Notes: generated from the sequence alone by a model not told the origin. A DNA stretch of 64,000 bases from an uncultured Phycisphaerales bacterium (GCA_963844715.1 CAWJPJ010000006.1:1192907-1256906), one strand, 5' to 3'; positions 21,351 through 33,848 are shown, counted from the stretch's first letter. Program-made: numbers and translations.

Positions 21351-22620
21351 ATGAAAAAAGTTGCCAGTTGCCAGTTGCCAGTTGCCAGTACCAGCAGTAG
21401 TAACGGCAAAAGGCAAGCCCCTGTCTTTACTGGCAACTCGCAATTAACAACTGGCAACTATTCCCGCGGCTTCACCGTCCTCGAACTCCTCGTCGTCATC
21501 GGCATCATCCTCGTCCTCCTCGGCATCCTTCTCCCCGTCATCAGCAAGGTAAAAACCGCCAGCTACTCCGCCGACACCCAGCAGGAAGTCAGCCAGCTCT
21601 CCACCGCCATCAACGAGTATTACTCCATCTTCCACGCCTATCCCGGCCCCTTCACCAACGACCAGATCGAAGCCGAAACCAGCGGAGCCACCAGCGGCAT
21701 TCCCCTCGGCATCGCAAATTTTGAGATTTACACCGACGGCGCAACCAACCCCTACGGCACTCCATCCACCACCCCCTGGACCGTCACAGGCACCGAAAAC
21801 CTCGTCCTCGGACTCCTCGGCGGACTTCGCATCGATACCACCGGGTCGCCGCCAACCAACAACCCCGTCTTCGCTCCCAGTGAAGTCGGTCTAGGCCCCT
21901 TGAGCCTCAACCCCGCAAATCCACGCCGCTACAGTCCCTTCATCGACACAAAAAATATACTCTGGTGCAGCCTCAGCGGACCGACCACTGCCCCGCAAGT
22001 CAGTCAATCGAATCTCATGCCCACCAACCCCTCCAACTTTCACGATCTCGCCGGCGTCTCCGCCTACGATTCCGAAATCCCGGAATTCGTCGATCGCTTC
22101 CCCGTGCCCTTGCCCATCCTTTATCTCAGGGCCCGCACCGGCGCCAAAAGGCATCATCAGTGACGGAACAACCGTCGGCATACCCCCCATCAGCCAAACG
22201 GTTCCGCCTCTTCGCGCCTACCAATACGACATCCGTGACATTTACGCGTACGTCACCAACACCACGAGGCTAGCCACCAGCTCCGAGAATGAGGGAATCG
22301 GCCTGCCCTTGGGCCGCTACCACAATCTCGGGCAACTCGCCCTCCCGAGCACCATCACATCCTGGCCCCCGGCGAACCCCGCAAAAGCGGGGCAATACAG
22401 CACCGATACCATTTCGAACTATGATGCCTTCGCCTACTTCGCCAACTTCTCTTCGGTCCCCCCAAGCCTTAGCCAGACCGGCGACGTTCCCGCGAACGCC
22501 TGGGCCAATTACACCGGCCAGCCCCGCTCCGTCGATCAATTCATCCTCATCACCGCCGGCCCCGACAGAATTTACGGAACCACAGACGACATAACGAGTT
22601 TCGGCGATGTCGCCCAGTAA
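21351..22620 (+). CDS. Prepilin-type protein 1, GspG-like (frameshift ~22148)
   Basis: RG|FTVLELLVVIGII; C-terminal FILITAGPDRIYGTTDDITSF; 40-aa repeat-encoded leader. Confidence 0.88.
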
Positions 22621-22662
22621 AATCATTCCCCCCAGCCATTGGACAAAGCGAATAATCAATTG

Positions 22663-23835
22663 ATGCGAGGCACGAAGGCACATAGGCACGAAGGCACGAA
22701 GGGAAATCCTTCCGAATTCACTCCGTGCCGAAGCGCGCTCGCCCCGGCGAGGGCCTCCGTGCCTCCGTGCCTCTCTTCCCCCCCCACTGGCAACTCTCCC
22801 CCCATTCGTCCCGCCACGGCGGATGCTGGCGCACATTCGGATTTCGGATTTGGTTCGGATTTCGGGTTTCGGGCTTCGGGTTTCCGCGCCCGCCGCGGCT
22901 TCACCGTCATCGAACTCCTCGTCGTCATGGGCATCATCATCGTCCTGGCGACCTTCCTCTTCTACGCCTATCAGAAGGTCGTCCTCGACCGAAAAATCAG
23001 CGACACCAAAACCGCCCTGCAATCCGCCAAGGCGCTCCTCGCCAACTACGAGCAAGCCACTCACTACCGCCGTCCTCCGCCAACTCTCTTCTGCTCTCTG
23101 TGGGGCAACGCCCAATGGCCCCCGATGGGCACTTCCTTCAGTTCCAGTTTTTGGACCGCGGGCATCACCAGTATCGCCAACGCCCCAGGCGCCGGCGAAC
23201 CCGCCGCCACCGCAATCAACCCCGATATCTTCAACAACACAAATGCGAGCTTCTGTCCCGTTCAGCTTGCCGACACCATCTGCGCCATGTACGCCATTCA
23301 ATCCATCCCCGAAAACCAGGCCATCCTGAATAGTCTGCCGACGAATCTGAAAAAGACCGTCCAGGTCACACAATCTCAAGTAACGGGAAACAACGCGCCG
23401 GTCGAGACCGTCACCCTCATCCTGGACGGCTGGGGAAACCCGCTCCTCTTCGCCCCCGCCGACGGCTTGTACGGAGTCGAAACTTCCGCCGACTCAACAA
23501 CGACCCCTCCCGCCGGCACCTACCCGCAGGGTCAGCAACTCTTCTATCGCAAGCTCGGTTCAAACGAGCCCTTCATTTACACCGCCATCCTGCCAAACGG
23601 CGCGTCGGGAGCACCGCCCTATCCTCCGCCATCCTTCGTCATGTTCGTTGGAACAACAACCTCGTTTCCGCTGACTATCACGGCTCAGGGTTGGGGCGGC
23701 CTCTGCGATCCCACCGGCCTACGCCCCTATTGGGTCTCCGGCGGCCCCGACGGCGACGTCAGCAATACCCACTATCCCCAGTTCCCAGAGTTGACCCGTC
23801 ACGACGACGACAACATTTATTCGTTTAATAATTGA
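22663..23835 (+). CDS. Prepilin-type protein 2, GspG-like
   Basis: RRG|FTVIELLVVMGII; LDGWGNPL, WVSGGPDG...DDNIYSF; start uncertain (22639 or 22663). Confidence 0.88.
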   Translation: MRGTKAHRHEGTKGNPSEFTPCRSALAPARASVPPCLSSPPTGNSPPIRPATADAGAHSDFGFGSDFGFRASGFRARRGFTVIELLVVMGIIIVLATFLFYAYQKVVLDRKISDTKTALQSAKALLANYEQATHYRRPPPTLFCSLWGNAQWPPMGTSFSSSFWTAGITSIANAPGAGEPAATAINPDIFNNTNASFCPVQLADTICAMYAIQSIPENQAILNSLPTNLKKTVQVTQSQVTGNNAPVETVTLILDGWGNPLLFAPADGLYGVETSADSTTTPPAGTYPQGQQLFYRKLGSNEPFIYTAILPNGASGAPPYPPPSFVMFVGTTTSFPLTITAQGWGGLCDPTGLRPYWVSGGPDGDVSNTHYPQFPELTRHDDDNIYSFNN

Positions 23836-23837
23836 GC

Positions 23838-24957
23838 ATGAAAATGCCAGTTGCCAGTTGCCAGTTGCTAGTTGCCAGTAAATACGGGAGCCGCCGTCCC
23901 CCCGTCTTCACTGGCAACTGGCAACTGGCAACTCGCAACTATTCTTCCGGCTTTACTCTGGTCGAAATGCTCACCGTCCTGGCCATCATTGTTCTCGTCC
24001 TGGCCAGCGCCGTGCCCGTCTTCAATTCCCTGACCGGCAATCACAGTCTCGCCGCCGCTCAGAACCAGATTGCCTCCTTGCTCCAGACCGCCCGGCAGGA
24101 CGCCATCTATAACCGCCAGACCATGGGCATCTTCTTTTATATCGATCCCGCCACCGACGCCGTCGCCATGGCAGAAGTCCAACTCGATCAGCAGCAAGGC
24201 GGTGGAACGACCTATTCCCCCTCCGAGATTTATGTCAGTCCCACCAATACACAATCAACCGCTCCCCCGCAGGGTCAAGTCAACGCCATCGAAATGGCCA
24301 ACTATTGGGACCCCTCATTGACCGCTCCCGGCCAGGTGGGTACCGGCGAATTCGTCTACTACCGCGACGTCGTCACACTCCCCGCGAATGTAGGCATCGC
24401 CCTTTACAACAACTCGGTGCCCTATCCGGCCAACGGCGACATACACGCCCCCCATCATCGACCGCTACGTCCGCACCGGCGCGATTTTCTTCGATTCCAC
24501 GGGGGCCCTGGCCTCCATCCCCTATGCCGTCCAGCAAACGCGAATTACGCCATACGGCACCTTTCAGAACCATCTCGGAATCCGGCTCGGCCTCCGCGGC
24601 GCCGGCGATCCCAGCGGCTTAAATGCAACGGGCGATCTCGCCAGCGACATCAATGATTATGCCGTCAGCGGAACCCCCGTCTATTATTTCCCCCTCATCT
24701 CCCAGGTCGGCCTCCTCTTCTACGACCGCAGCGCCTACTTTAACCAGCGAACCACCAACCCAGCCGACGTCAACGGCCCCCGCGCCTTCACCGATCAGGA
24801 CCTTCAATACACGCTTCCTCCACTGTCCAGTCCCCCCAATAACAGTCCGCTGGCCTATTTCCAGGCCGACAAATCCGATGAAGAAATCTGGCTCGACCAA
24901 AACGGCCAGGCCGTCATGGTCAACCCCTTCAACGGCGCCCTGATCTTCGCAAAATAA
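23838..24957 (+). CDS. Prepilin-type protein 3, GspH/FimT-like (frameshift ~24450)
   Basis: SG|FTLVEMLTVLAII; AAAQNQIASLLQTARQDAI; second frame ends VNPFNGALIFAK*. Confidence 0.85.
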
Positions 24958-24959
24958 CC

Positions 24960-26253
24960 ATGCCCACGCGCCATTCCATCCCGACCGCCCCCTTAACCGC
25001 CAAGACGCGAAGAGCGCGGAGCCAAAACTGGCAACTGGCAACTGGCAACTGGCAACTATTGCGCCATCGCGGCTTCAACTTCATCGAAATCCTCTTCGCC
25101 GTCATCCTCCTGGGCCTGGGCTTTATCATGATCGCCGGCGTGTTCCCCGTCGCCCTGAAACAAACCACGCAAACCGCCACCGAAACCACCGCTGCCCTCG
25201 TCGTCCGAGACGCCCTGCGCGACATCCAAAACGCCGCCGACGTCGAAGGCGCGGGCACAACTTTCGCCCAAACGCCAAACGGCTTCACCCCAATCCCAGC
25301 GTCAACTATTGCCGCCGTCGGCGGAAATCAGTTCTATGCCTCCGATCCCCGCTACGCTTGGGTCGCCTTCTATCGAAGAATCAACGCCACCGACCCCTAC
25401 GCCCAGGTCGTCGTCATCGTGCTCCAAAACCCCAACTTCGCCGATCCCACCTACCCCCTAAACCCCCTCCACGAACCCGGCAGCATCACCCCCTACAACA
25501 TCCCCGGCACTCCAACCCCCACATTCAATCCCCTCCCGCCACCCATCCCGTCCAATTATGCTGGCGGTGGCACCGCCACAATCAGCAACACCGCGCCTCA
25601 GCAAACCGTCCCTTCCGGCTTTTACGTGAATAACTCGGGCACTCCCCCATATCAAGTCGTCGAATCTGGTAACCCGCCAGGCCTCTCTCCCATCAACGCC
25701 AATCTCTTTTTCTCCCCCAGCACTGGAAACAGCTACATCTTCCTCAACAACGACCCCAACATCCGCAACGGCGCCGACCCCGTCCCCAACGCCGTCACCG
25801 GCGCATTCGTCTTAATCGCAAACGACACCGGAAACGCCGCGCCCAGCGCAGGCTATCTCGCCAGACCCGCCAATGAAATGACCGGTCGCGTTCTCCGCCT
25901 CGGCGCCTTCATCGGCTACAGCGACGACTCGACCCTCCGCCTCCCCGGCGACCTCAATCTTTTCCCCCCGGATTTTCCCAAGCCGCCCACGCTCCACTCG
26001 CAGATTTTCGCCCTCGCGCCCGGCTGGGACCTCACCCCCGGCGGAACCGCGGGAGGCACAACCCAATACGGCATGGAAAATACCGGCGCAGGCCTCAAAT
26101 TCGGCCGACACCCCCGCGCCACTCCCCGTTTACATTATGGGCGCAGCCCCAGAATGGACCGGCTCCATAACCAACACCACAGGCCTCTACACAGGCCCCA
26201 ACCAGGACGTCGCCGCCGTCTCCTCCTACATCCGAATCAATACGGCAAATTAA
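24960..26253 (+). CDS. Prepilin-type protein 4, GspI/PilV-like (frameshift ~26100)
   Basis: RG|FNFIEILFAVILLGLGFIMIAGVFPVAL; second frame ends SSYIRINTAN*. Confidence 0.85.
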
Positions 26254-26254
26254 A

Positions 26255-28366
26255 ATGCGAAGACGAGTTACCAGTTGCCAGTTGCCAGTTGCCAGCCAAT
26301 GCGGGAACCGCTCCCCCATTCGTGATTCGGATTTCGGACTTCGTCATTCGGGTTTCCGCCCTCGCGGCGGCTTCACCCTCGTCGAACTCATGATCTCCAT
26401 CGCCATCGTCCTGGTCCTCATGGTCGGCGTGAACTACGTCTTCAAGAAAACCGCCGACGCCGTCGTCGCCGGACAAACCACCAATACCATGTCCCGCGAC
26501 TCCCAGTCTGTTCAGACCGCCCTCTTCGACGATTTCTCCCACATCAACAAAAATCCCCCCTGCTTCATCATCGCCTCGCAGATGGTGGATCAATTCCTCA
26601 ACTCCGCCGACGCCGAGACCGGCAGCGATCCCACCATCGTCGTCCTCGACAACGGCAGCAGCGGCGCAACCCCCACTAAAGTCATCGCCGGCCTCTACAA
26701 CTACCGCTGCCACCGCGTCGACATGCTCAAATATTTCGTCCGCGGAAACTATCAGCGCCGCTCCGCCAACGACGGCTCCTTCACCAGCCAGACCACCTCC
26801 AACGACGCCTTCGTCACGCTCGGCCACGCCCTCCTCCCCACCAACGACTCCATGGATTTCCTCGGCCCCGTGAGCGACAACCTCAACCCCTCCCTCGCCC
26901 CCTTCGGCCAGCTCGCCTCCAACAGCACCACCTCCGGCCTCTGGACCCCCCAGGTCTTCACCACCGGCGCAGGCCCCCAGCAGCGCCTCGGCGCCTACGC
27001 CTCCGATTGGGTCCTCGCCCGCAGCGTCACCCTGCTAAAAGATGTCAACACCAATTACACTTACGTCACCAACTCCAACACCCCCAACGGCTTCATCGAA
27101 CACTTTTACCCGCGCTATCCATACCTTTCCTACACCGCCAGCAGCCCGGGCGTACCGACAACCGTCAACTTTCCTCCCACATACCAGACCACCTTCGCCT
27201 ACCCCTACGCCGCAAACGGCTGCAACATGACGCCCCTCGCCTATTACACCCCCGACGACCAAAACTTCACCAACAACCAGCTCACCACCGTCTCCCATTC
27301 CTCCCGCTACGATCTCGCCTGCATTACCCCCGACCAATTCCGCCGCGCCATCGCCGATGAAATTCTCCAGTACCAGCACGCCGGCTACACCGGCCCCACC
27401 GCGTTCCCCTCCCAATTTCATCTCTGGTGGAACCCTCTCATCTACAACCTCCCGGTAACCCAGCAATACGCCGCCGTAATACCCACAACCGTCTCCCCAA
27501 CCGTCACCTACTACACCGTGCCCAGCGGCCTCTCCAGTTCGACCGCCCTCTATACCTTCTCCGGCGCCAACGGCGTCACCAGCGGGACCGGCCCCAACCC
27601 CGATCTCGCCCGCGTAGCCGTCAATCCCCAAATTCAAACCCCGCTCACCAGCGCCATGGTCGCCCAGGTTGCCCCCTATCTCCTCCAGCACTGCTCTCAG
27701 TTCATCGTCGAGTACGCCGGCGACTATCTCCAGCAGGACCCCGCCTCGGGCAACCTCACCGGCATCGGACAGGACGGACAAATCGACTACTACATCGACG
27801 GCAGCGGCAACCACCAAATCCGCTGGTACGGAATGCCCCGCAGCAACTCCGGCGCATCCACCATCTACGGCGTCCCCAATCCCAGTGACACCAACGAGCC
27901 CTGGAGCACTTATCTCCCCAACGTCGGCACCGCCACCAGCCCAAGCATCGCCATCAATTATCGCCAGATCGCCACCAGCATAACCCAATACACCTATTAC
28001 CCCGGCCTCCCCGACGTCATCCCCCTGCGCGATTATTACACCCTCTTTTATAACACCGTCAACGGAACCACCGGCAACCCGTTCATCTACTCTCCCCCCT
28101 GGGAAGTCGACGTGAATTTCGACAATTGCGCCTTCTACGCCAATGCCACCAATCCAAACCTGGGACCCCTGGCAAACACCGCCGGAAACGGCCTCGGCAA
28201 CCCCTTCCAGATGAATGACTCCCTCAACCCCCAGGACAACGCCCGTTACGTCGCCGCCTGGTACAACGACATGCCCGCCATGATTCGTATTCTCATCAAG
28301 GTGGACGACCCGAATGATAAGTTAAAGGACGGACCCTGGTACGAATATGTGTTCAAGTTGAAATGA
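26255..28366 (+). CDS. Prepilin-type protein 5, GspJ/PilW-like (703 aa)
   Basis: GG|FTLVELMISIAIV; C-terminal PAMIRILIKVDDP...YEYVFKLK. Confidence 0.88.
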   Translation: MRRRVTSCQLPVASQCGNRSPIRDSDFGLRHSGFRPRGGFTLVELMISIAIVLVLMVGVNYVFKKTADAVVAGQTTNTMSRDSQSVQTALFDDFSHINKNPPCFIIASQMVDQFLNSADAETGSDPTIVVLDNGSSGATPTKVIAGLYNYRCHRVDMLKYFVRGNYQRRSANDGSFTSQTTSNDAFVTLGHALLPTNDSMDFLGPVSDNLNPSLAPFGQLASNSTTSGLWTPQVFTTGAGPQQRLGAYASDWVLARSVTLLKDVNTNYTYVTNSNTPNGFIEHFYPRYPYLSYTASSPGVPTTVNFPPTYQTTFAYPYAANGCNMTPLAYYTPDDQNFTNNQLTTVSHSSRYDLACITPDQFRRAIADEILQYQHAGYTGPTAFPSQFHLWWNPLIYNLPVTQQYAAVIPTTVSPTVTYYTVPSGLSSSTALYTFSGANGVTSGTGPNPDLARVAVNPQIQTPLTSAMVAQVAPYLLQHCSQFIVEYAGDYLQQDPASGNLTGIGQDGQIDYYIDGSGNHQIRWYGMPRSNSGASTIYGVPNPSDTNEPWSTYLPNVGTATSPSIAINYRQIATSITQYTYYPGLPDVIPLRDYYTLFYNTVNGTTGNPFIYSPPWEVDVNFDNCAFYANATNPNLGPLANTAGNGLGNPFQMNDSLNPQDNARYVAAWYNDMPAMIRILIKVDDPNDKLKDGPWYEYVFKLK

Positions 28367-28371
28367 GAAAG

Positions 28372-28610
28372 GAAAACCCGAATGACGAAGCCCGAAACCA
28401 GAATCAATGACCCAAGCCCGAATGAGTTACCCGATGCTCATCGCGGGTCTTTCTGAGGCCTCCGCCCACGGTACCCCGCGGGTGGAGAAAGGATCCGGTC
28501 ATTCGGATTTGTCGCCACGGCGACTCGCCTGCGGAGAGATTCGTCATTCTGGTTTCTGGTTTCGGATTTCCCGTTGATTCGTCATTCGGATTTCGTCATT
28601 CGGATTTTCA
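28372..28610. repeat. Composite nested palindromic repeat element
   Basis: CCCGAATGACGAAGCCCGAAACCAGAATC ... GATTCGTCATTCTGGTTTCTGGTTTCGGATTT...TTCGTCATTCGGATTT, enclosing hairpins CTCCGCCCACGG-TACC-CCGCGGGTGGAG and GTCGCC-AC-GGCGAC. Confidence 0.85.
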
Positions 28611-28627
28611 AAGCCGGGTAAAAGAGT

Positions 28628-31600
28628 ATGAAGCTCGCTCATTTAACTTCACGCCGCTGGAAAAAAGGATCAGTCCTCCTATTGGTCATCGTCCTGCTCC
28701 TCCTCCTCTCCATCCTCGGCACCGCCTTCATCTCCACCAGCCACAATGACCGAATCAACTCCCAGCAAAATATCCTCAACGTCCAAAGCGAAGCCAACTT
28801 CGACGGCCTATCAAAAATCATCGGGGGGTTGTTTGTCGATGATCTTAACGATGCCCTGGGCAACTTCCGTGGAATGATGACTTCGTCGTTCCCGCCAGGT
28901 TATCTCGGCCAATGGAACGCCGCGCAAACATACTCCGCAGGCAATACCGTAAACGACCCGGCTAATCCCGCTAACTTCTACACCTGCATAAAAAATACCC
29001 TCACGCCGGGAATCTTACTCACCAACACGACCTATTGGTCCGCGCCCTTTCCGTGGTCGAATCCACGCTCAACTTTCCGCGGAGTATGGTCGCCCCTCCT
29101 AACCTACGGCTATGGAGACACCGTGGCGTACGAGGGAAACCCGGCCGTCGTCGGCGGCGGAGTTATCCCGGTCTTTTATTACGCCAATAACCCAACTACG
29201 CCGCCCGTCACCGGAACCGCCCCCCCAAACCCGGCGGCGCATGGACTTTGGCTACTCACCTTCCCTTCACCGCCATGGGACCTGCTCAACCCTGGCTTGC
29301 TGATCGAATTCCATCCGTTGCGGATCCGTCGCAGCCGCTCGAGGGCACCGCCTCAGGGGGTACCGTAAATCAGCCTTATTGGCAGAATATCTCTCACTCG
29401 GGAACAGCCGGCGCATTATCCGTCCTCGGTTTGCCGTTCGAATCGCCTGATGGCAGCGCGATGTTCGGAACCCTTCCAAGCACGGGGCTTTATCCCGGCT
29501 ATGCAACTCTCGCTAACGTGACCGTCCCGACCCTGAGTGATACATCCCTCGACACATTTCCGGAAACGTCGCCATTACCCGCCCTTCCGTTGCAAGCCGC
29601 ATACGACGGTATCAATACCGGCGGGCATATAGTGATAGCCGCCGACGCCGACGGCGACGGCATCGCCGATTCTCTCCTCTTCCGAATCCCTGGCGCCAAT
29701 TTTGACGGCCTCACCTGGTATGCCGCCGTCCGCATCATCGACAACAACTCCGCCATCAACGTCAACACCGCCTGGACCCGCGACAACGAATACTCCTACC
29801 CCGCCGGCGGCAACGTCTCGCAGCTCACCAACTGGGGCTTCTTCCAGTCCGGCGTCGGACTTTTGGAAATGCTCAATGACGGAAATCTCGGCATGCGCCC
29901 CGGCGGCGATCTCGCCACAGTTCCTGCTGGCTGGGGGGCGACTGCCGTGCAGATTAACCCCGCCTTCAACCAGTACCGCTTCAACGTCCCCGCCACCGAA
30001 AATCCCCCCATGGCCGGACGTGTCTCTGGACTTTACGCTCAGTCCGGCGGCATCCCCCTGGACGAGACCTGGCAAACGACCTTCACGGCACCACAGGACG
30101 TCACCGCCCGTGATGGAGATTTCGTTTACGTCTCGCCCGGCGACGCCTTTGAACACCAGCTCATCGACCGTCTTGATAACCCGGGCTTCAACACCTACAC
30201 CGCCGGCAACCCCGCGGTAGGAAACAACCGGTTCCAGGCCATCCCCTTCAGCGATGAGGCGGCCCTCGCCTATCATTTCGGCATCCCCAATTCCAACACC
30301 GGCCAAACCCTTCTCGAAAGCCTTCTTCCCTACTCGCTGAGCTACTACCAGAACAACCGCGTCATCACGGGCTCGGCCTCTCCATTCAGCGATTACAATA
30401 TTTCGATAGGCGGCTCAAACACGACGCTCGCGACAACCACGGATGAAAACAAAAACGTCCCCGCGACCCCGGCGAACGCCACGACGACCAACGTCCTCCC
30501 CACCGCGCCCTACGGCGCTTTTCCCGTCTCGGACGTCGGAACCTGGTGGTATCAGAACTTCGATTACAACACCCTCGCCAACTGGCAGGCCGCCGGTGGA
30601 AATCCCAGCTATATGCCCCTTCGCCCTCTGCTCGTCACCCGAAACCCCGTCTCCAACTACATCGATCCCGTCTACGACTCCGGCATCTGCGATCCCCAGC
30701 AGCCTATGGACACTCTGCCGCAGTCCTCATTTCCCGGGGAGGGCGAGCCGCTCGGGCAAGTGATGCTCCCTTACTACGGGACCGTCGCCGGCAACCAGTA
30801 CCAAGGCACCTGGTCCGCCACCCCGCCCGCCGGCGCTTACAAGTTGTACGACGTCGTCTCCTACAACGGCTACTACTTCTACTGCTTAACTCCGCCCGGA
30901 ACCGGCGCTGCCGCCGGCTTCGGGCACCATGGTCAACGGCAACTTCGTCATCACCGGCTACGACGCGAACTGGGGAACCTGGGGACAATATAAAGGTCTT
31001 TGGAACACCGCTGCACTCTACCGCTTCAACGACCTCGTCACCGAGACCGACCCGGCCACGGGCGATACTTACACCTATGTCAGCGTCGACGATGCGAACC
31101 AGAACTTTAATCCCGTTACTACAGTGGCTGGCGCCCCGCTCAGCGGGTATCCCCAAAACCTGCAACACTGGCAGCTTCAGCCCATTAGCCGGCACCCCGT
31201 CAAGACCAACATCAACACAGCCACCTTCCGTGAACTCTATCGCGCATTCTGGTCCGTCATGGCCGGAAATCCCGCCAATTCGTGTCCTTTCGCCCCAACC
31301 CCTGCCGGGCCCGCCGCCCCCAACTATCAGAACGCCAGTACCTACGATAGCCCTTACACTCTAGCCAACGCAGGTGCGTTAAATATCCCGTGGCACATGT
31401 TCCGTTCCGTCCTGCGCGATCCAACGGCGCCCGCCGCCCCAGCAACACCGAATACTTTCATGGACCCCACCAACGTCGCAGCCCTGCGCGCGGCGTTGGC
31501 CGCAGTGAACGCCTTAGGCCTGCGCGATCAGACCCAGACGATCATCAGCCGAACCATCTGGCTCGCCGCCTATGTGAACAATGTCGCCTCCGTGGTTGAG

Positions 31601-33848
31601 GCGCGCGTCTGACAGCGCCATCCCACAGCCGATTATCAGCGAAGTCTACGCCGACAATGACATTTCCACCGGGAACCTGAAAGGTTACGTCGCCATCGAG
31701 CTTTACAATCCCTACAACACGCCTATCACGATGAACAATTGGCAGGCGGGGATCATTAATCGCCAAAACCCCGGTGTTTATCCCGCCATGAGCTTGACGC
31801 CTGTAGCGGCCAATGCCCTCCTCTACACGGAAATGTTCCCTGAAAATACCGCACCCCTCCCCTCCGACGCGACCAATGTCGCCTCGCCAGCCTTAACGGA
31901 AAACCAAAACGCGATCGCCATTCCCGCGCATGGCTATGCTCTCCTAGAGAATTACGACGCCAGCGCTTCACATGGCGGCAACGCCGACCTCGTTTATGAC
32001 GCCAAGACCCGCGCGCCAAATTGCACGATACCGACCGGAGCCCCCTGGACTGGCTCAGGAGCCACCAACAATACCGTGGACGTATACATTCCAGGATTGT
32101 CAAAGGTAATCCAGGACGTCGCGCCCGTCACCGGCGGCGAATTCGTCCTCCTTCGCCCGCGCCGTGCGGACGGGACGTACACCCAAAACATTACGACTAA
32201 TCAGACTTACGACCCATTGAATGACTACAACGAAGGAGCGCCGTCGCCCGGCACGCCCAACCTTTACGACCTGGTCCCCGTCGATTCATACGACTTCACA
32301 GGTTTTCAAACCACAGCCATCACGCCTTATACCGCGTGGAGCTACCTCCGCGCGAAAAGCCAGAATAACGGCTTCTTTGCCTTCAATCCTGGACCCTACG
32401 TCGGCACCAATGCCGGAATTACTTTCCCCCGCCAATACCCAGGCACCGACGCGGAACAATTCGGTGGTGCGGGCTTCCCCGCTACTCCCCAATGGCGAGC
32501 AGCGGCTCCCCCGCTGGGAGCATCCACCCCAAACTTCGGACCCATATACACGGCATCGTCTGCGGCAAGCTATTTGGACGTACCGACGGTACCAATCCAA
32601 ATCTATAACCAGGGAATGCCCGGACCAAACCCAACGGTGACCCCGGCCAATCCACCCACGGTTGCCAGCGGGACCACGACTTCCCCGCCCCAGCAGTTCC
32701 CGTTTGGCAGCTTCGCCCGCAACGGCGACATCCTCAACGTCCCTTACATCGGCGCTTATCGCCTGCGCGTCGTCATCCAGGCATCTAAGGTCATCCCATT
32801 CACGCCAACCAACCCTGTGGCGGATTTCCTTGAACTGAATTCTCTTCCGATGGATGCGTCTCTCGCCGACGATGGAGATACGAACGATGACGGGTACGAG
32901 AACGTGGGACGCTTCGGGCCAATGGAAAGCAGCGCCAATCCCGACGCACCGTCATGGTACGACTGGACGGCCCGGCTGTTTGACTACCTGACCGTCCAGT
33001 CCAACAGCAGCAATTTGACGCCCAACTTTGATCCCGGATTCAACGATCCGGGCACCAATACGGCCGGGGGTGCACAGCCGACGTATCCGTATGCACAGAA
33101 GTACTGGCCCGCGTCTCAGTCGGGTAATCCGACGTCATACGGATTCGCGCCGTACTCCGTAGGCCCTCCGGCATCCGGTTATGCCAACCCAACCGGGGCC
33201 ACTGCTCAGCCGACCCCCGTGTTTAGCCCCGATGCCACGGCCACCAACCAAATGAGTCAGGACAACGCCGGCGTTGACGGCCTCATCAACATCAACACCG
33301 CCAGTTGGAAAGTCCTCAGCATGTTGCCCTTCGTAACTGCCGCCGACGATGCAAACTATGCTATCGACGATGAAACGATTGCCCAGGCCATTGTCACCTA
33401 TCGCAATGGCAACGGTCCCTTCACATCCATCTTTGATCTAAACAAGGTTCCCGGTTTCCAAACCGGGAACGGCAAATTCGCTCTGGGACAGGATCCGACC
33501 CAAATGGGCATCACGGGAACCCCCGATACGGTCTTTACCGCCGCAAAGGGCGCCGGCGTCCTCACCAATGTCAATTTTGCCAATGAGTATCGCTCCGCCA
33601 ACATGGTCCTAAACCGCATCAGCAACCTCATCACCACGCGCTCCGACACCTTCACCGTTTACATCGTCGTCGAAGGCTGGCAAAACGCCATCCTCCCCGG
33701 CCAAGTCGCCTACAATCCAACCACCCCGACCGGCCCGCCCCCCATCCTCAAAGTCACCAAGCGTTTTTCCTTCATCGCCGATCGAAGCCAGATCAATTCC
33801 GACCTCAACACCCGTTTCCTAAAAACCCTGGTCATTCAAAATAATTGA
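28628..33848 (+). CDS. Giant GspK/PilX-like minor pseudopilin (~1,740 aa; frameshifts ~29240, ~30920, ~31610)
   Basis: KKG|SVLLLVIVLLLLLSILGTAF; DADGDGIAD; four W-x4/5-Y-xx-D-x-V-like modules; ININTAS...IAQAIVTYR...GPFTSIFDL (HhH); RSDTFTVYIVVEG. Confidence 0.8.

Noticed and set aside
21351..33848. Diversity-generating retroelement or shufflon acting on the pilins
   Set aside because: No reverse transcriptase, recombinase, template/variable repeat pair or inverted silent cassettes seen in this window.
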